NCBI GenBank assembly: GCA_963803805.1
Contig: CAWDOD010000003.1
Location: 576,001 to 640,000, forward strand
From: an uncultured cyanobacterium
Lineage (GTDB): Bacteria; Cyanobacteriota; Cyanobacteriia; Cyanobacteriales; CAWCAG01
Direction: 5' to 3'
Length of the DNA: 64,000 nt
The notes beneath the pieces are model-generated. The model saw only the letters and a program-made list of their open reading frames with translations, searched no databases and was not told the DNA's origin. The translations under genes and the position numbers were made by a program. Positions 53,655 through 62,445 of the stretch are shown piece after piece (the first letter of the stretch is position 1; the number at the start of each line of letters is the position of its first letter).

Positions 53655-54181
53655 ATAAACAAAAATTTTCTCTGCAACCTTTTAACTCTAGAACTAATAT
53701 TGATATTTCAGGACAAATCAATCGCTATAAAAACAACTTAACGATTAAATATACCCTCGCTGGCAAAATAACAGAAATCTTGATTTCTGAACCAAAAAAT
53801 AAACCAAACCGCCAACATAACCTTTGGCAAACCACTTGTTTTGAATTCTTTCTGGCTATCAAAGATTCTCTTCAATATTGGGAATTCAACCTTTCTCCTA
53901 ACGGTGATTGGAATATTTATCGCTTTGACAATTATCGCCAGGGAATGAAGGAAGAAACTGCTTTTAGGTCTTTGCCATTTTTAGTTAGAAAAGATTTAAA
54001 CTCGTTCAACTTATACCTAGAATTTGAGCTTGCTAAAATTGTTAATAAAGAGCAGGAAATAGAAGTAGCGATCGCAACTGTTATTAAAACAAAAGATAGT
54101 GAAATAACTTACTGGGCTTTAAATCATCCTAGTCAAGAAGCTGATTTTCATCATAGAGATAGCTTTTTGATGGCATTTTAA
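53651..54181 (+). CDS. DOMON-like domain protein
   Basis: LWQTTCFEFF, YWEFNLSP.G.W..YRF..YR, YWAL.HP...DFH; 4-nt overlap with the kinase. Confidence 0.8.
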   Translation: MNKQKFSLQPFNSRTNIDISGQINRYKNNLTIKYTLAGKITEILISEPKNKPNRQHNLWQTTCFEFFLAIKDSLQYWEFNLSPNGDWNIYRFDNYRQGMKEETAFRSLPFLVRKDLNSFNLYLEFELAKIVNKEQEIEVAIATVIKTKDSEITYWALNHPSQEADFHHRDSFLMAF

Positions 54182-54327
54182 ACTCAGTAATTCACGAAAA
54201 TCATCTAGAAATTCCTAAGTGGCTGAGGTATATTCCTAAATTAGCCAAAGGGCAAAAAAGCGAGTCTAGACTGTACCTAATAGTACTAATAATTGCTATA
54301 GTTATTTTTATAATAATAAAGAATAAA

Positions 54328-54792
54328 ATGAATTTTAAAATTATTGTTGCTCTATTTTTGCTAACTAGTCTTGTAGCTTGTAGCGATCCCAAAACAAGAA
54401 ACAAAAGCGGTGATCCCAAGAAAGACGCTAATATAGCCAAAGCAATGGATTGCCCTAACTGTACACTAGAACAAATTGACTTAAGCGGAGCTAATCTCAG
54501 AAAAGCTAACTTAAAGGGGGCTGACTTAAGCAAAGCTAACTTAAGTGGTGCAAATTTGAGTAGTGCTAACTTAAAAGGTGCTAACTTAACAGAGGCAGAT
54601 TTAAACAGCATAAACCTTAATCAAGCTAATCTTGAAGAAGCAAATTTAAGCGATGCTAAGTTAATTAATGCTAGTTTGATGAATGCTAAATTGAAAGGAG
54701 CTAAAAAAATCAAAACAGCGAACCTTTTCAATGCTAACCTGTGTGGAGCAATTATGCCGACGGGGATTATTTCTGTTCAAGGCTGCATTTAA
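54328..54792 (+). CDS. Pentapeptide repeat lipoprotein
   Basis: Lipobox LVAC; CPNC; ANL repeats. Confidence 0.85.
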   Translation: MNFKIIVALFLLTSLVACSDPKTRNKSGDPKKDANIAKAMDCPNCTLEQIDLSGANLRKANLKGADLSKANLSGANLSSANLKGANLTEADLNSINLNQANLEEANLSDAKLINASLMNAKLKGAKKIKTANLFNANLCGAIMPTGIISVQGCI

Positions 54793-54816
54793 TCAGTTAT
54801 CGGTTATGAGTTATCA

Positions 54817-55548
54817 ATGAGCAACAATATTCGTTTGGCTGTAGTATTGAAGACTTTGGCCCTTGCTTTGAGTTTCTTTAGTTTGGTGGGTGTTAACCCA
54901 GTTTTGGCACAGGAAATTATGCGTACTTTAACTGTAACCGGGCAAGGAGAAGTTGAGATTCCCACCACCATAACTCAAGTGCGTTTAGGAGTAGAGGTAA
55001 AAGGAGAAACTGCCACCCAGGTGCAACAAGAAGTTGCCCAGAGGACAACTGCGGTAGTAAATTTATTGCGATCGCGGAGTGTAGAAAAACTCGAAACCAC
55101 TGGTGTTAATCTCCGCCCCGAATATAACTATAACAATCAACAAAGAGATTTAATCGGTTACGTTGGCAGCAATATAGTTAGTTTTCGCCTCGCCACAGCA
55201 CAAACGGGAGATTTGATTGATGCTGCGGTTAATGCCGGGGCAACTCGTATAGACAGCATCAACTTTATCGCCTCAGATACCGCTATAAGCACCGCTAAGC
55301 AAGAAGCTTTAAGGGAAGCAACTGAGGATGCACAAAAACAGGCGGATACAGTTTTAGGGATGCTCAACTTAACCCGCCAAGAAATTGTTAATATAGTTCT
55401 AGATGGAGCGATGATTTCTCCACCTCAACCAATTCCAGTTAATGCCAATCTACGTTCGGCTTCTCCAGAAGCTGATTCATTTAGTTCTCCTATTATTGGT
55501 GGGGAACAAAAAGTAACAGCCAACGTCACCTTGCAAATAACTTACTAA
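54817..55548 (+). CDS. SIMPL (DUF541) domain protein
   Basis: Signal peptide; TLTVTGQGEV, GATRIDSI, GEQ.VTANVT. Confidence 0.85.
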   Translation: MSNNIRLAVVLKTLALALSFFSLVGVNPVLAQEIMRTLTVTGQGEVEIPTTITQVRLGVEVKGETATQVQQEVAQRTTAVVNLLRSRSVEKLETTGVNLRPEYNYNNQQRDLIGYVGSNIVSFRLATAQTGDLIDAAVNAGATRIDSINFIASDTAISTAKQEALREATEDAQKQADTVLGMLNLTRQEIVNIVLDGAMISPPQPIPVNANLRSASPEADSFSSPIIGGEQKVTANVTLQITY

Positions 55549-55913
55549 AACTCGGAATTTCCCCCATAGTCATCTACCATACCTGGGTTGTTATCCCGCT
55601 TAGAACCTAATAAATCTAACCGTTCTACCTTAATCACTGGCTTAGAACGGCTAGCACCGGTACTGCGATCGCTCCAAGTTTCGATTTTCAAGTTACCTTG
55701 AATACCAATCAAACTACCTTTACGAACGTAATTACCAGCTATTTCTGCGGTTCGTCCCCAAATTTCCAGATTAAACCAATCTGGTTGGTCACTATTTTTG
55801 CTTCTACGTCGGACAGCCAAAGTTAAATTACAAACTACACTCCCAGACTCAAAATACTTGACATCTGGATCTGTACCGGCGTGTCCTACTAAATTGACAA
55901 CATTAATATTCAT
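55545..55913 (-). CDS. ssb: Single-stranded DNA-binding protein
   Basis: N.V.LVG..G.DP, DWFNLEIWG, KGSLIG; acidic/Phe C-terminus. Confidence 0.95.
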   Translation of the reverse strand: MNINVVNLVGHAGTDPDVKYFESGSVVCNLTLAVRRRSKNSDQPDWFNLEIWGRTAEIAGNYVRKGSLIGIQGNLKIETWSDRSTGASRSKPVIKVERLDLLGSKRDNNPGMVDDYGGNSEF

Positions 55914-56189
55914 GAGACTACACTAAAAAATAGTACAAAGGTACTTTAATGATTTTAACTCCTAAGAAACAATTTTAGGAATTTTCTACTTCAAGTCTAG
56001 CTTTCTCCGGAAGGTACTCCCATAGGCTTGAACTCTTCTTTAGACAACGTGTCATCAGAAATTTTTAACCATAAAATGTTATATTGCACTAGACGTAGGA
56101 AAGAAAACATAATAGAATCCTCCTCGATTGCAGTTTGGTTACATTTTCAGTTACACACCGCAGATTTCATTTTGGAGGCGTAGAAGCTA

Positions 56190-57230
56190 GTGGGTTTTTT
56201 TAGTCGTTTTTCCCTGTCTAGGGACATGGGTATCGACCTTGGTACAGCTAATACGTTAGTTTACGTTTCTGGCAAAGGTATAGTTCTCCAAGAACCCTCT
56301 GTAGTTGCCATAGACCGAGACGAAAAAATACCATTAGCTGTAGGGGAAGATGCAAAGAAAATGCTGGGTAGAACTCCCGGAAACGTATTTGCAGTTCGAC
56401 CTTTACGAGATGGTGTTATCGCCGACTTTGATACTGCTGAGTTAATGCTCAAGCACTTTATCCGGCAAGTACACGGAGGTAGGGCTTTAGTTTCTCCCCG
56501 TATCGTTATTGGTATTCCTAGTGGCGTAACTGGAGTAGAACGCCGCGCAGTCATGGATGCAGCAGAACAAGCAGGTGCTAGTACAGTTTATTTAATAGAC
56601 GAACCTGTAGCTGCCGCTATTGGCGCTGGTCTTCCAGTAGCAGAACCAACTGGTAACATGATTATTGACATCGGTGGTGGTACGACTGAAGTAGCCGTAT
56701 TGAGTCTACAAGGAACAGTATTAAGCGAATCTGTAAGAGTCGCCGGTGATGAGCTAAGCGACTCCATTACCCAATACATGAAGAAGGTACACAACCTAGT
56801 CATTGGGGAACGTACTTCAGAAGAAATTAAAATTAAGGTAGGTTCAGCTTATCCTACCGCAGATGACGAGCCAAGCATGGAAGTAAGAGGCTTACATCTA
56901 CTCTCTGGCTTACCCCGCACTGTCACCATTAAAGGGGCAGAAATTCGTGAAAGTATGTCAGAACCTCTTTCTGTAATTGTTGATGCTGTCAAGCGCACTC
57001 TAGAGCGCACACCTCCGGAGTTAGCAGCAGATATTATTGACCGGGGCATCATGTTAGCCGGAGGCGGCGCATTATTAAGGGGGCTAGATACCCTCATCAG
57101 CCACGAAACAGGCATTGTTACTCACGTAGCCGCAGATCCCCTTAGCTGTGTAGTTTTAGGGACAGGTCGAGTTCTCGAAAACTTCAAGCAATTAGAACGA
57201 GTATTTAGTGGACGTTCTCGCGGACTCTAG
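56190..57230 (+). CDS. mreB: Rod shape-determining protein MreB
   Basis: IDLGTANT, EPSVVA, DIGGGTTE, GGGALL. Confidence 0.97.
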   Translation: MGFFSRFSLSRDMGIDLGTANTLVYVSGKGIVLQEPSVVAIDRDEKIPLAVGEDAKKMLGRTPGNVFAVRPLRDGVIADFDTAELMLKHFIRQVHGGRALVSPRIVIGIPSGVTGVERRAVMDAAEQAGASTVYLIDEPVAAAIGAGLPVAEPTGNMIIDIGGGTTEVAVLSLQGTVLSESVRVAGDELSDSITQYMKKVHNLVIGERTSEEIKIKVGSAYPTADDEPSMEVRGLHLLSGLPRTVTIKGAEIRESMSEPLSVIVDAVKRTLERTPPELAADIIDRGIMLAGGGALLRGLDTLISHETGIVTHVAADPLSCVVLGTGRVLENFKQLERVFSGRSRGL

Positions 57231-57344
57231 TTCTCAAGCGAATCAGGATAGAGGCAGAAAGAATATCCTTTCCCCTTTTGCTGTCAATTGTTAATTGACA
57301 GACCATAAACAGCCAACCATAACTAACCTAAAATATATAGACCT

Positions 57345-58091
57345 ATGTTTTCATCGCGTCGTATCTGGCGCAAGTACGGCACTCGAACCCTACTCACGGG
57401 GCTAGTGATCACCACTGCTTGGGTAATTCGCCAAACTCAAGGTGCTTTGGTCACTGAATTATATAGTTCTGCTGTCCGACCTTTTCGGAATGGCCCCACT
57501 CAAGAAGAGCAACTTACTAACGCCAAAATCCAGCAACTTAATCAAGAGTTGGCTGAAATAAAAGTCCAGAACGAGAAATTCAAACAACTACTAGGTTACG
57601 TTGAAAAACAAGACAAAGAAAGTATTGTTGCTCCTGTAATCGGCCGCAGTGCAGACCACTGGTGGCATCAAGTAACCTTAGCTAGGGGTAGTAAAGATGG
57701 TGTAGAGGTGGGCTATGTAGTGGTCGGTATTGGGGGACTCGTCGGTCGAGTAACTAGCGTTACTGCTCATACCAGTAGAGTATTACTTATTAGCGATCCT
57801 AAAAGTAAAATTGGTGTCACCGTTAGCCGTACTCGTGACATGGGAGCAATGAAAGGGGTTGGTACAGACAGAGCCTTAATGCACTTTTTTGAAAAAGTAC
57901 CTAATATTCGTAAAGGAGATGTAGTTACTACTTCTCCAGTGAGCCGCGTTTTGCCCGCAGGTATACCTATTGGCGTTATCGAATCTATAGACACAGAAAG
58001 TGGTCCTGCTCCCCAAGCTACAGTAAAGCTATCAGCACCAATGGGGCAGTTAGAGTGGTTAGCCATTCACCCTTTTAAGCCCAAGTCTTAG
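57345..58091 (+). CDS. mreC: Rod shape-determining protein MreC
   Basis: TM + coiled coil; GLVGRV, VLLISDP, GD.V.TS. Confidence 0.92.
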   Translation: MFSSRRIWRKYGTRTLLTGLVITTAWVIRQTQGALVTELYSSAVRPFRNGPTQEEQLTNAKIQQLNQELAEIKVQNEKFKQLLGYVEKQDKESIVAPVIGRSADHWWHQVTLARGSKDGVEVGYVVVGIGGLVGRVTSVTAHTSRVLLISDPKSKIGVTVSRTRDMGAMKGVGTDRALMHFFEKVPNIRKGDVVTTSPVSRVLPAGIPIGVIESIDTESGPAPQATVKLSAPMGQLEWLAIHPFKPKS

Positions 58092-58142
58092 GTTCTTGTT
58101 GCCAACAAAACTAGAATAAACCCCACGAAAGAACCTCCTGTT

Positions 58143-58685
58143 GTGATTAAGGTTTCTGAATTATCACCCCATTTCCGTTCTACCCTTAACTGGTTAATAA
58201 TTATCGGTTCGGTGCTTCTGTGCGCGATGTTTTCCTTAACTCGCTTACCAGGGATGCAGTTACAAGATATTGGCCCTCAGTGGTTGCTAATTTGGGTAGT
58301 AGCTTGGAGTGTCAAGCGAACTCCTTTTCAAGGGGCGATCGCTGGTCTTGCGTTAGGAGCAATTCAAGACGGTTTAACCTCCTCCTATCCTTCCCACATT
58401 ATTTCCCTGACTTTAATCGGCTTCCTCACCGCTCGTTTACAAAAACAAAGGTATATACAAGAAGATTTTATTTCTATTGCTTTAATAGTGTTTGCGATGA
58501 CAGCGATCGCAGAAACTATAACGGCTATTCAATATAGTTTATATGGCTTTGTCAGTCTAGAAAAAATTTGGGTAACTCACCAAAGGGCTGTGCTACTCTC
58601 AGCAACTCTTAGCAGTCTTTGGGGTCCCATTGTTTATTGGCCTCTTAATCGCTGGTGGCAGCAAATAGAAGCGTTTGAACAGTGA
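58143..58685 (+). CDS. mreD: Rod shape-determining protein MreD
   Basis: Polytopic membrane protein following mreC. Confidence 0.88.
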   Translation: MIKVSELSPHFRSTLNWLIIIGSVLLCAMFSLTRLPGMQLQDIGPQWLLIWVVAWSVKRTPFQGAIAGLALGAIQDGLTSSYPSHIISLTLIGFLTARLQKQRYIQEDFISIALIVFAMTAIAETITAIQYSLYGFVSLEKIWVTHQRAVLLSATLSSLWGPIVYWPLNRWWQQIEAFEQ

Positions 58686-59758
58686 ACAGTGATCAATGTT
58701 TAATGATGCACAAGTGCCTTGAACTTGCTCTTTGTGCCTTGGGAAAGACCTCTCCTAATCCTTTAGTTGGTGCGGTTGTAGTTAAGGATGGTAAGGTTGT
58801 AGGAACTGGTTTTCATCCTGGTGCTGGTCAACCCCATGCAGAGGTTTTTGCACTAAGAGAAGCAGGAGAACAGTCCCAGGGTGCTACAGTGTATGTTAAC
58901 CTTGAACCTTGTAATCATTATGGTCGTACACCCCCTTGTTCTCAAGCTTTAATTAAAGCGGGAGTCGCTAAGGTGGTGGTAGGTATTATTGACCCTGATC
59001 CCCGTGTTTCTGGAGAAGGGATTAAAACCCTAAGAAATGCTGGCATCGAAGTTGTGGTTGGGGTGGAAGAAGCAGCTTGTCGCCGCATTAACGAAGCTTT
59101 TATTCATCGCATTTTGCACCAACGTCCCTTTGGTATTTTAAAATATGCTATGACCTTAGATGGGAAAATTGCGACCAATACAGGTCATAGTAGTTGGGTA
59201 ACTAGTAAAGCTGCCCGTCAGCGGGTACACCAAATCAGGGCAGCTTGTGATGCGGTTATTGTTGGGGGTAATACGGTACGTCGTGATAATCCCCATTTAA
59301 CTACCCACGGTATTAGCAAACACAACCCTTTACGAGTAGTAATGAGTCGCCGTTTAAATTTACCCAAATCAGCTCATTTGTGGAATCAAGCAGAGGCAGA
59401 GACTTTGGTATTTACTGAAGCAGGGGCAGATTTGGAGAGGCAAGAGTTGTTAGAAAAACAAGGGGTAGAAGTGATCAATTTTGCTACTTTAACTCCGGGG
59501 TTGGTTATGGCAAATTTATATGAGCGGGGAATGTGTAGCGTGATTTGGGAATGTGGTGGTGTTTTGGCAGCAGAGGCGATCGCTGATGGTGCTGTTCAAA
59601 AGGTGATGGCTTTTATTGCTCCTAAAATTATTGGTGGTAGCGATGCCCCTTCTCCTGTGGGTTCCCTCGGTTTTACGAAGATGACAGAAGCTTTATCCCT
59701 GAAAAAAATCAGTTTAACCCAGGTAGAATCGGATTTTTTGCTTGAGGGGTATTTTTGA
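58682..59758 (+). CDS. ribD: Riboflavin biosynthesis deaminase/reductase
   Basis: PNPLVG, HAE, LEPC.H.GRTPPC, A.TLDGKIA, ECGG. Confidence 0.95.
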   Translation: MNSDQCLMMHKCLELALCALGKTSPNPLVGAVVVKDGKVVGTGFHPGAGQPHAEVFALREAGEQSQGATVYVNLEPCNHYGRTPPCSQALIKAGVAKVVVGIIDPDPRVSGEGIKTLRNAGIEVVVGVEEAACRRINEAFIHRILHQRPFGILKYAMTLDGKIATNTGHSSWVTSKAARQRVHQIRAACDAVIVGGNTVRRDNPHLTTHGISKHNPLRVVMSRRLNLPKSAHLWNQAEAETLVFTEAGADLERQELLEKQGVEVINFATLTPGLVMANLYERGMCSVIWECGGVLAAEAIADGAVQKVMAFIAPKIIGGSDAPSPVGSLGFTKMTEALSLKKISLTQVESDFLLEGYF

Positions 59759-60178
59759 AGCTAGTTGCTAAACCGCTATTGGCGAAGCCTTGTCGTCAGA
59801 CTACAACAATTGATGCGAGTGCATTATTCTTTCTATTTCATATTAGTATTGATAAGCAAAACCTTACTTCTTTGTAGTAAAGCTTTAAATTATTTAAACA
59901 TCAGCACTTTTTTAGACTTTTTACGAAGTTATATTAAGAACGACTTGATAGGGTCTTGACATTGCTTTTTTTCATAGTAGAATAAATCAAGATTTATAAA
60001 CAATGATAAGATTGCCTTTTTATATCTAAAACAGCCTTTAACTAAAGAATTCCACGAAAAAATGAGGCTTGGCCTTAAGTTGGAAAAGTGAAGAGAAGAG
60101 ATTCTGCAACAAGAGAATAACTTGTTTTTAGAAGGTAAATTTTATTACCTATTGACAAAACGCAGCTTCAATGGCGTT

Positions 60179-61237
60179 TTACTTAGTTAACTCTGTAGTT
60201 AAATCTGATAGACTCTCTAATTTAGCAGCCGCTTCACCTTTAGTTAAAATTGCTTCTGCTTGGGCAAAACCTGAATTAAGATCCGGGCAAAAGCCACTAT
60301 GCCACAAATAGAAGCCCCCATTTAAGATGGCGGCTGACATTAATTCTCCTGGTTTACCTTGCAACACTTCCTTAATTTGTTTAATTAATAGTTCAGTGGA
60401 TTCTAAAAGAACATCTTGCCCCCCTAAATCGTAGTCGCGAGGGTGGAGATGGAAGCGTTGAAAGTTAGGTTGGTTAGATTTGTTGATACCAATAATGGCA
60501 GTGCGACTCTGGGCAAGATCGCAACTTCCTTCTAATCCTTTGACCGTAGTAAAATTATTTATGCCCTTCAATGCAAAAGCTTTCTGAAAACGTTCTTCAC
60601 TAGGAGGATGGACGAAGCCGGAAATTAAATGACCATCTCCTGAGTAAGGAAACCAGACTAATTCTAGGGTAGCAATGGTAGGACGTTTACCAATTTGCTC
60701 TCGGTAAGGAACTAGACCGTTTGCGGTGGGAAAATGTTGAGGTAAATAGACAAAACCAATACCTGTATTAGCAAAGATTTGTTGGCTTTGGGGAAGAGTC
60801 AGGGGAGAAAAGTCTACACCTAACCCCTGCCAAATTTCAACGAGAGGGATTCCGTACTTAGTGGGCATACAATCTCCCCCGTGCATAATAAGCGGGATTC
60901 CTGCTGTAGCGAGAATTAGGGCTGTTATGGGCATGACAGGGGCATTACGGGATCGCCCATCATAAGGATTGCTAAAAACATTAACTGGATAGGGAGAAGC
61001 ATCTATGGCTTCCAGTTTGGGACCAAAGGAATCATAGGCATCCAACATCCCTGCCAACTCTTCAGGAGTAGGGCGTTTGATGCGGTGGGCAATCATAAAA
61101 GCGCCAATTTGGGCAGGAGTGGCTTCTTGCAACAACATCATTTTCGTAGCGGTTGCTGCCTCTGAACGAGTCAAATCTTTACTAGTGTGAGTACCACTAC
61201 CAACTTTTTTAAGTAATTCTCTAAATATTTCGCTCAT
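60179..61237 (-). CDS. cnaT: TrpD/YbiB-like protein, probable CnaT
   Basis: TPAQIGAFMIAHRIK, YDGRSR, REQIGKR; directly downstream of ntcB, as in Anabaena. Confidence 0.72.
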   Translation of the reverse strand: MSEIFRELLKKVGSGTHTSKDLTRSEAATATKMMLLQEATPAQIGAFMIAHRIKRPTPEELAGMLDAYDSFGPKLEAIDASPYPVNVFSNPYDGRSRNAPVMPITALILATAGIPLIMHGGDCMPTKYGIPLVEIWQGLGVDFSPLTLPQSQQIFANTGIGFVYLPQHFPTANGLVPYREQIGKRPTIATLELVWFPYSGDGHLISGFVHPPSEERFQKAFALKGINNFTTVKGLEGSCDLAQSRTAIIGINKSNQPNFQRFHLHPRDYDLGGQDVLLESTELLIKQIKEVLQGKPGELMSAAILNGGFYLWHSGFCPDLNSGFAQAEAILTKGEAAAKLESLSDLTTELTK

Positions 61238-61263
61238 TTTTACAGCCAGTCAAAATTTCCCCA

Positions 61264-62241
61264 TTAACCATTACCTATTACTTTTTCTACCTCCCTATTT
61301 GCCCAACTCCCTACTTCCATTACCGGAGGTTGGGCAACTTTTTTCACTAATTCGCAAAACTTTTGAATGGGAGGAATTTGCAGGCGATCGCGAGTTGTCA
61401 CTAGAACAACTTCCCTGGTGAAATTATACTCTCCATTGCCATTTGAGGAGGGATGTTTGGCAATAGGACGAATAGCTAAGGTTATATCTGTGGTGGCATC
61501 TAGTAGGGCAGCATGGGGTAATAAAGCAATCATTTCTCCTTGTCTGACTACCCCTCGAAAAGCATCTAAGGTATTTAATTCCACCGCAGCATTGAGGTTA
61601 GCTTCGACAGCGAACAATCGTTGTACTAAACGCTGCATCCCATAGCCGTCTTTAAAGACAACTTGGGGATATTTAGCTAATTCTGACCAAGGTATTTTTT
61701 CATATTTGGTTAAGGGATGGTTCGCCCCCATGAGTACTTCAATGGATTCATGATAAAGGGTATCTACTACCATTTCTGGGTTGGCAGTTAGTAAGCGGTT
61801 ATTCATCACCACCGCTACATCTACTAAACCATCTCGGAGTACTTTAAGGGCGCGATCGCTACCCAAGGCTGTGACTCGTAGTTGTACTTCTGGGTAGTGG
61901 GTACAAAATTGCTGTAGTACTGGAGGTAAGTAATGGGAACAGACAGAATGGATGGCTGCGACGCAAAGTTCTGGTTGTTTCCCGGCTATTAAGTCTGCTA
62001 TTTCTTGGCTAGCAGCTTGCCACTCCTTACAAATTTTTGTGGCACGAGGTAGTAAGTTTTCCCCGGCTAAAGTCAGTTTCGCTTGGGCCAAACGATGGAA
62101 TAAAGGCAAACCCAATTCCATTTCCAAAGCTTGTATCTGGCGACTGATAGTAGATTGAGTGACACCGCATTTCCGGGCAGCTTGTCCGAAGCTTCCGGTT
62201 TCGGATACAGCCAAAAAAGCCTGTAACTGCTCAATCCTCAT
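61264..62241 (-). CDS. ntcB: LysR-family nitrate assimilation activator NtcB
   Basis: LysR HTH (TQSTISRQI); LGSDRALKVL.DG, FK.GYGM, VVLVTTRDRL.IPPI as in NtcB; NtcA promoter upstream. Confidence 0.8.
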   Translation of the reverse strand: MRIEQLQAFLAVSETGSFGQAARKCGVTQSTISRQIQALEMELGLPLFHRLAQAKLTLAGENLLPRATKICKEWQAASQEIADLIAGKQPELCVAAIHSVCSHYLPPVLQQFCTHYPEVQLRVTALGSDRALKVLRDGLVDVAVVMNNRLLTANPEMVVDTLYHESIEVLMGANHPLTKYEKIPWSELAKYPQVVFKDGYGMQRLVQRLFAVEANLNAAVELNTLDAFRGVVRQGEMIALLPHAALLDATTDITLAIRPIAKHPSSNGNGEYNFTREVVLVTTRDRLQIPPIQKFCELVKKVAQPPVMEVGSWANREVEKVIGNG

Positions 62242-62253
62242 AATGATTTATCT

Positions 62254-62267
62254 GTAATCCAGATTAC
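62254..62267. promoter_or_regulatory. NtcA-type box just upstream of the ntcB ATG
   Basis: TGTA-ATCCAGAT-TACA (GTA-N8-TAC). Confidence 0.6.
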
Positions 62268-62285
62268 ATTGTTACCCAAGAGCTA

Positions 62286-62327
62286 ATCCTAGAGAACTTT
62301 AGTAGATAGTTCCGTAAGTATTGATAC
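62286..62327 (-). promoter_or_regulatory. Class II NtcA-activated promoter of ntcB
   Basis: Minus strand GTATCAATACTTAC-N22-TAGGAT, i.e. GTA-N8-TAC-N22-TAN3T. Confidence 0.8.
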
Positions 62328-62376
62328 TAAAATTGATAATTGTACGGCTTGCCGTTGTCGTAGACTGAATTGATAA

Positions 62377-62439
62377 TAGGGCGACCCAATTTAAACCTTA
62401 GTTTGTCAGAAATATTGGGAAAACGGGTCGCCTCTACAA
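62377..62439. repeat. Dispersed REP-like hairpin, copy 2 (3' end of the porin gene)
   Basis: Same arms as 49400-49462 with a diverged loop. Confidence 0.85.
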
Positions 62440-62445
62440 TTGCTT

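Noticed and set aside
52311-54611. Antisense ORFs 52311-52784, 52487-52828 and 54201-54611, and similar shadow ORFs across the window
   Set aside because: They overlap well-supported genes on the opposite strand or in another frame and have no recognisable motifs
59765-59959. 64-aa ORF after ribD
   Set aside because: TTG start, no SD, includes repeat-like and AT-rich intergenic sequence
60179-61237. Canonical trpD
   Set aside because: Lacks the GTGGD and KHGN PRPP-binding motifs; context fits cnaT
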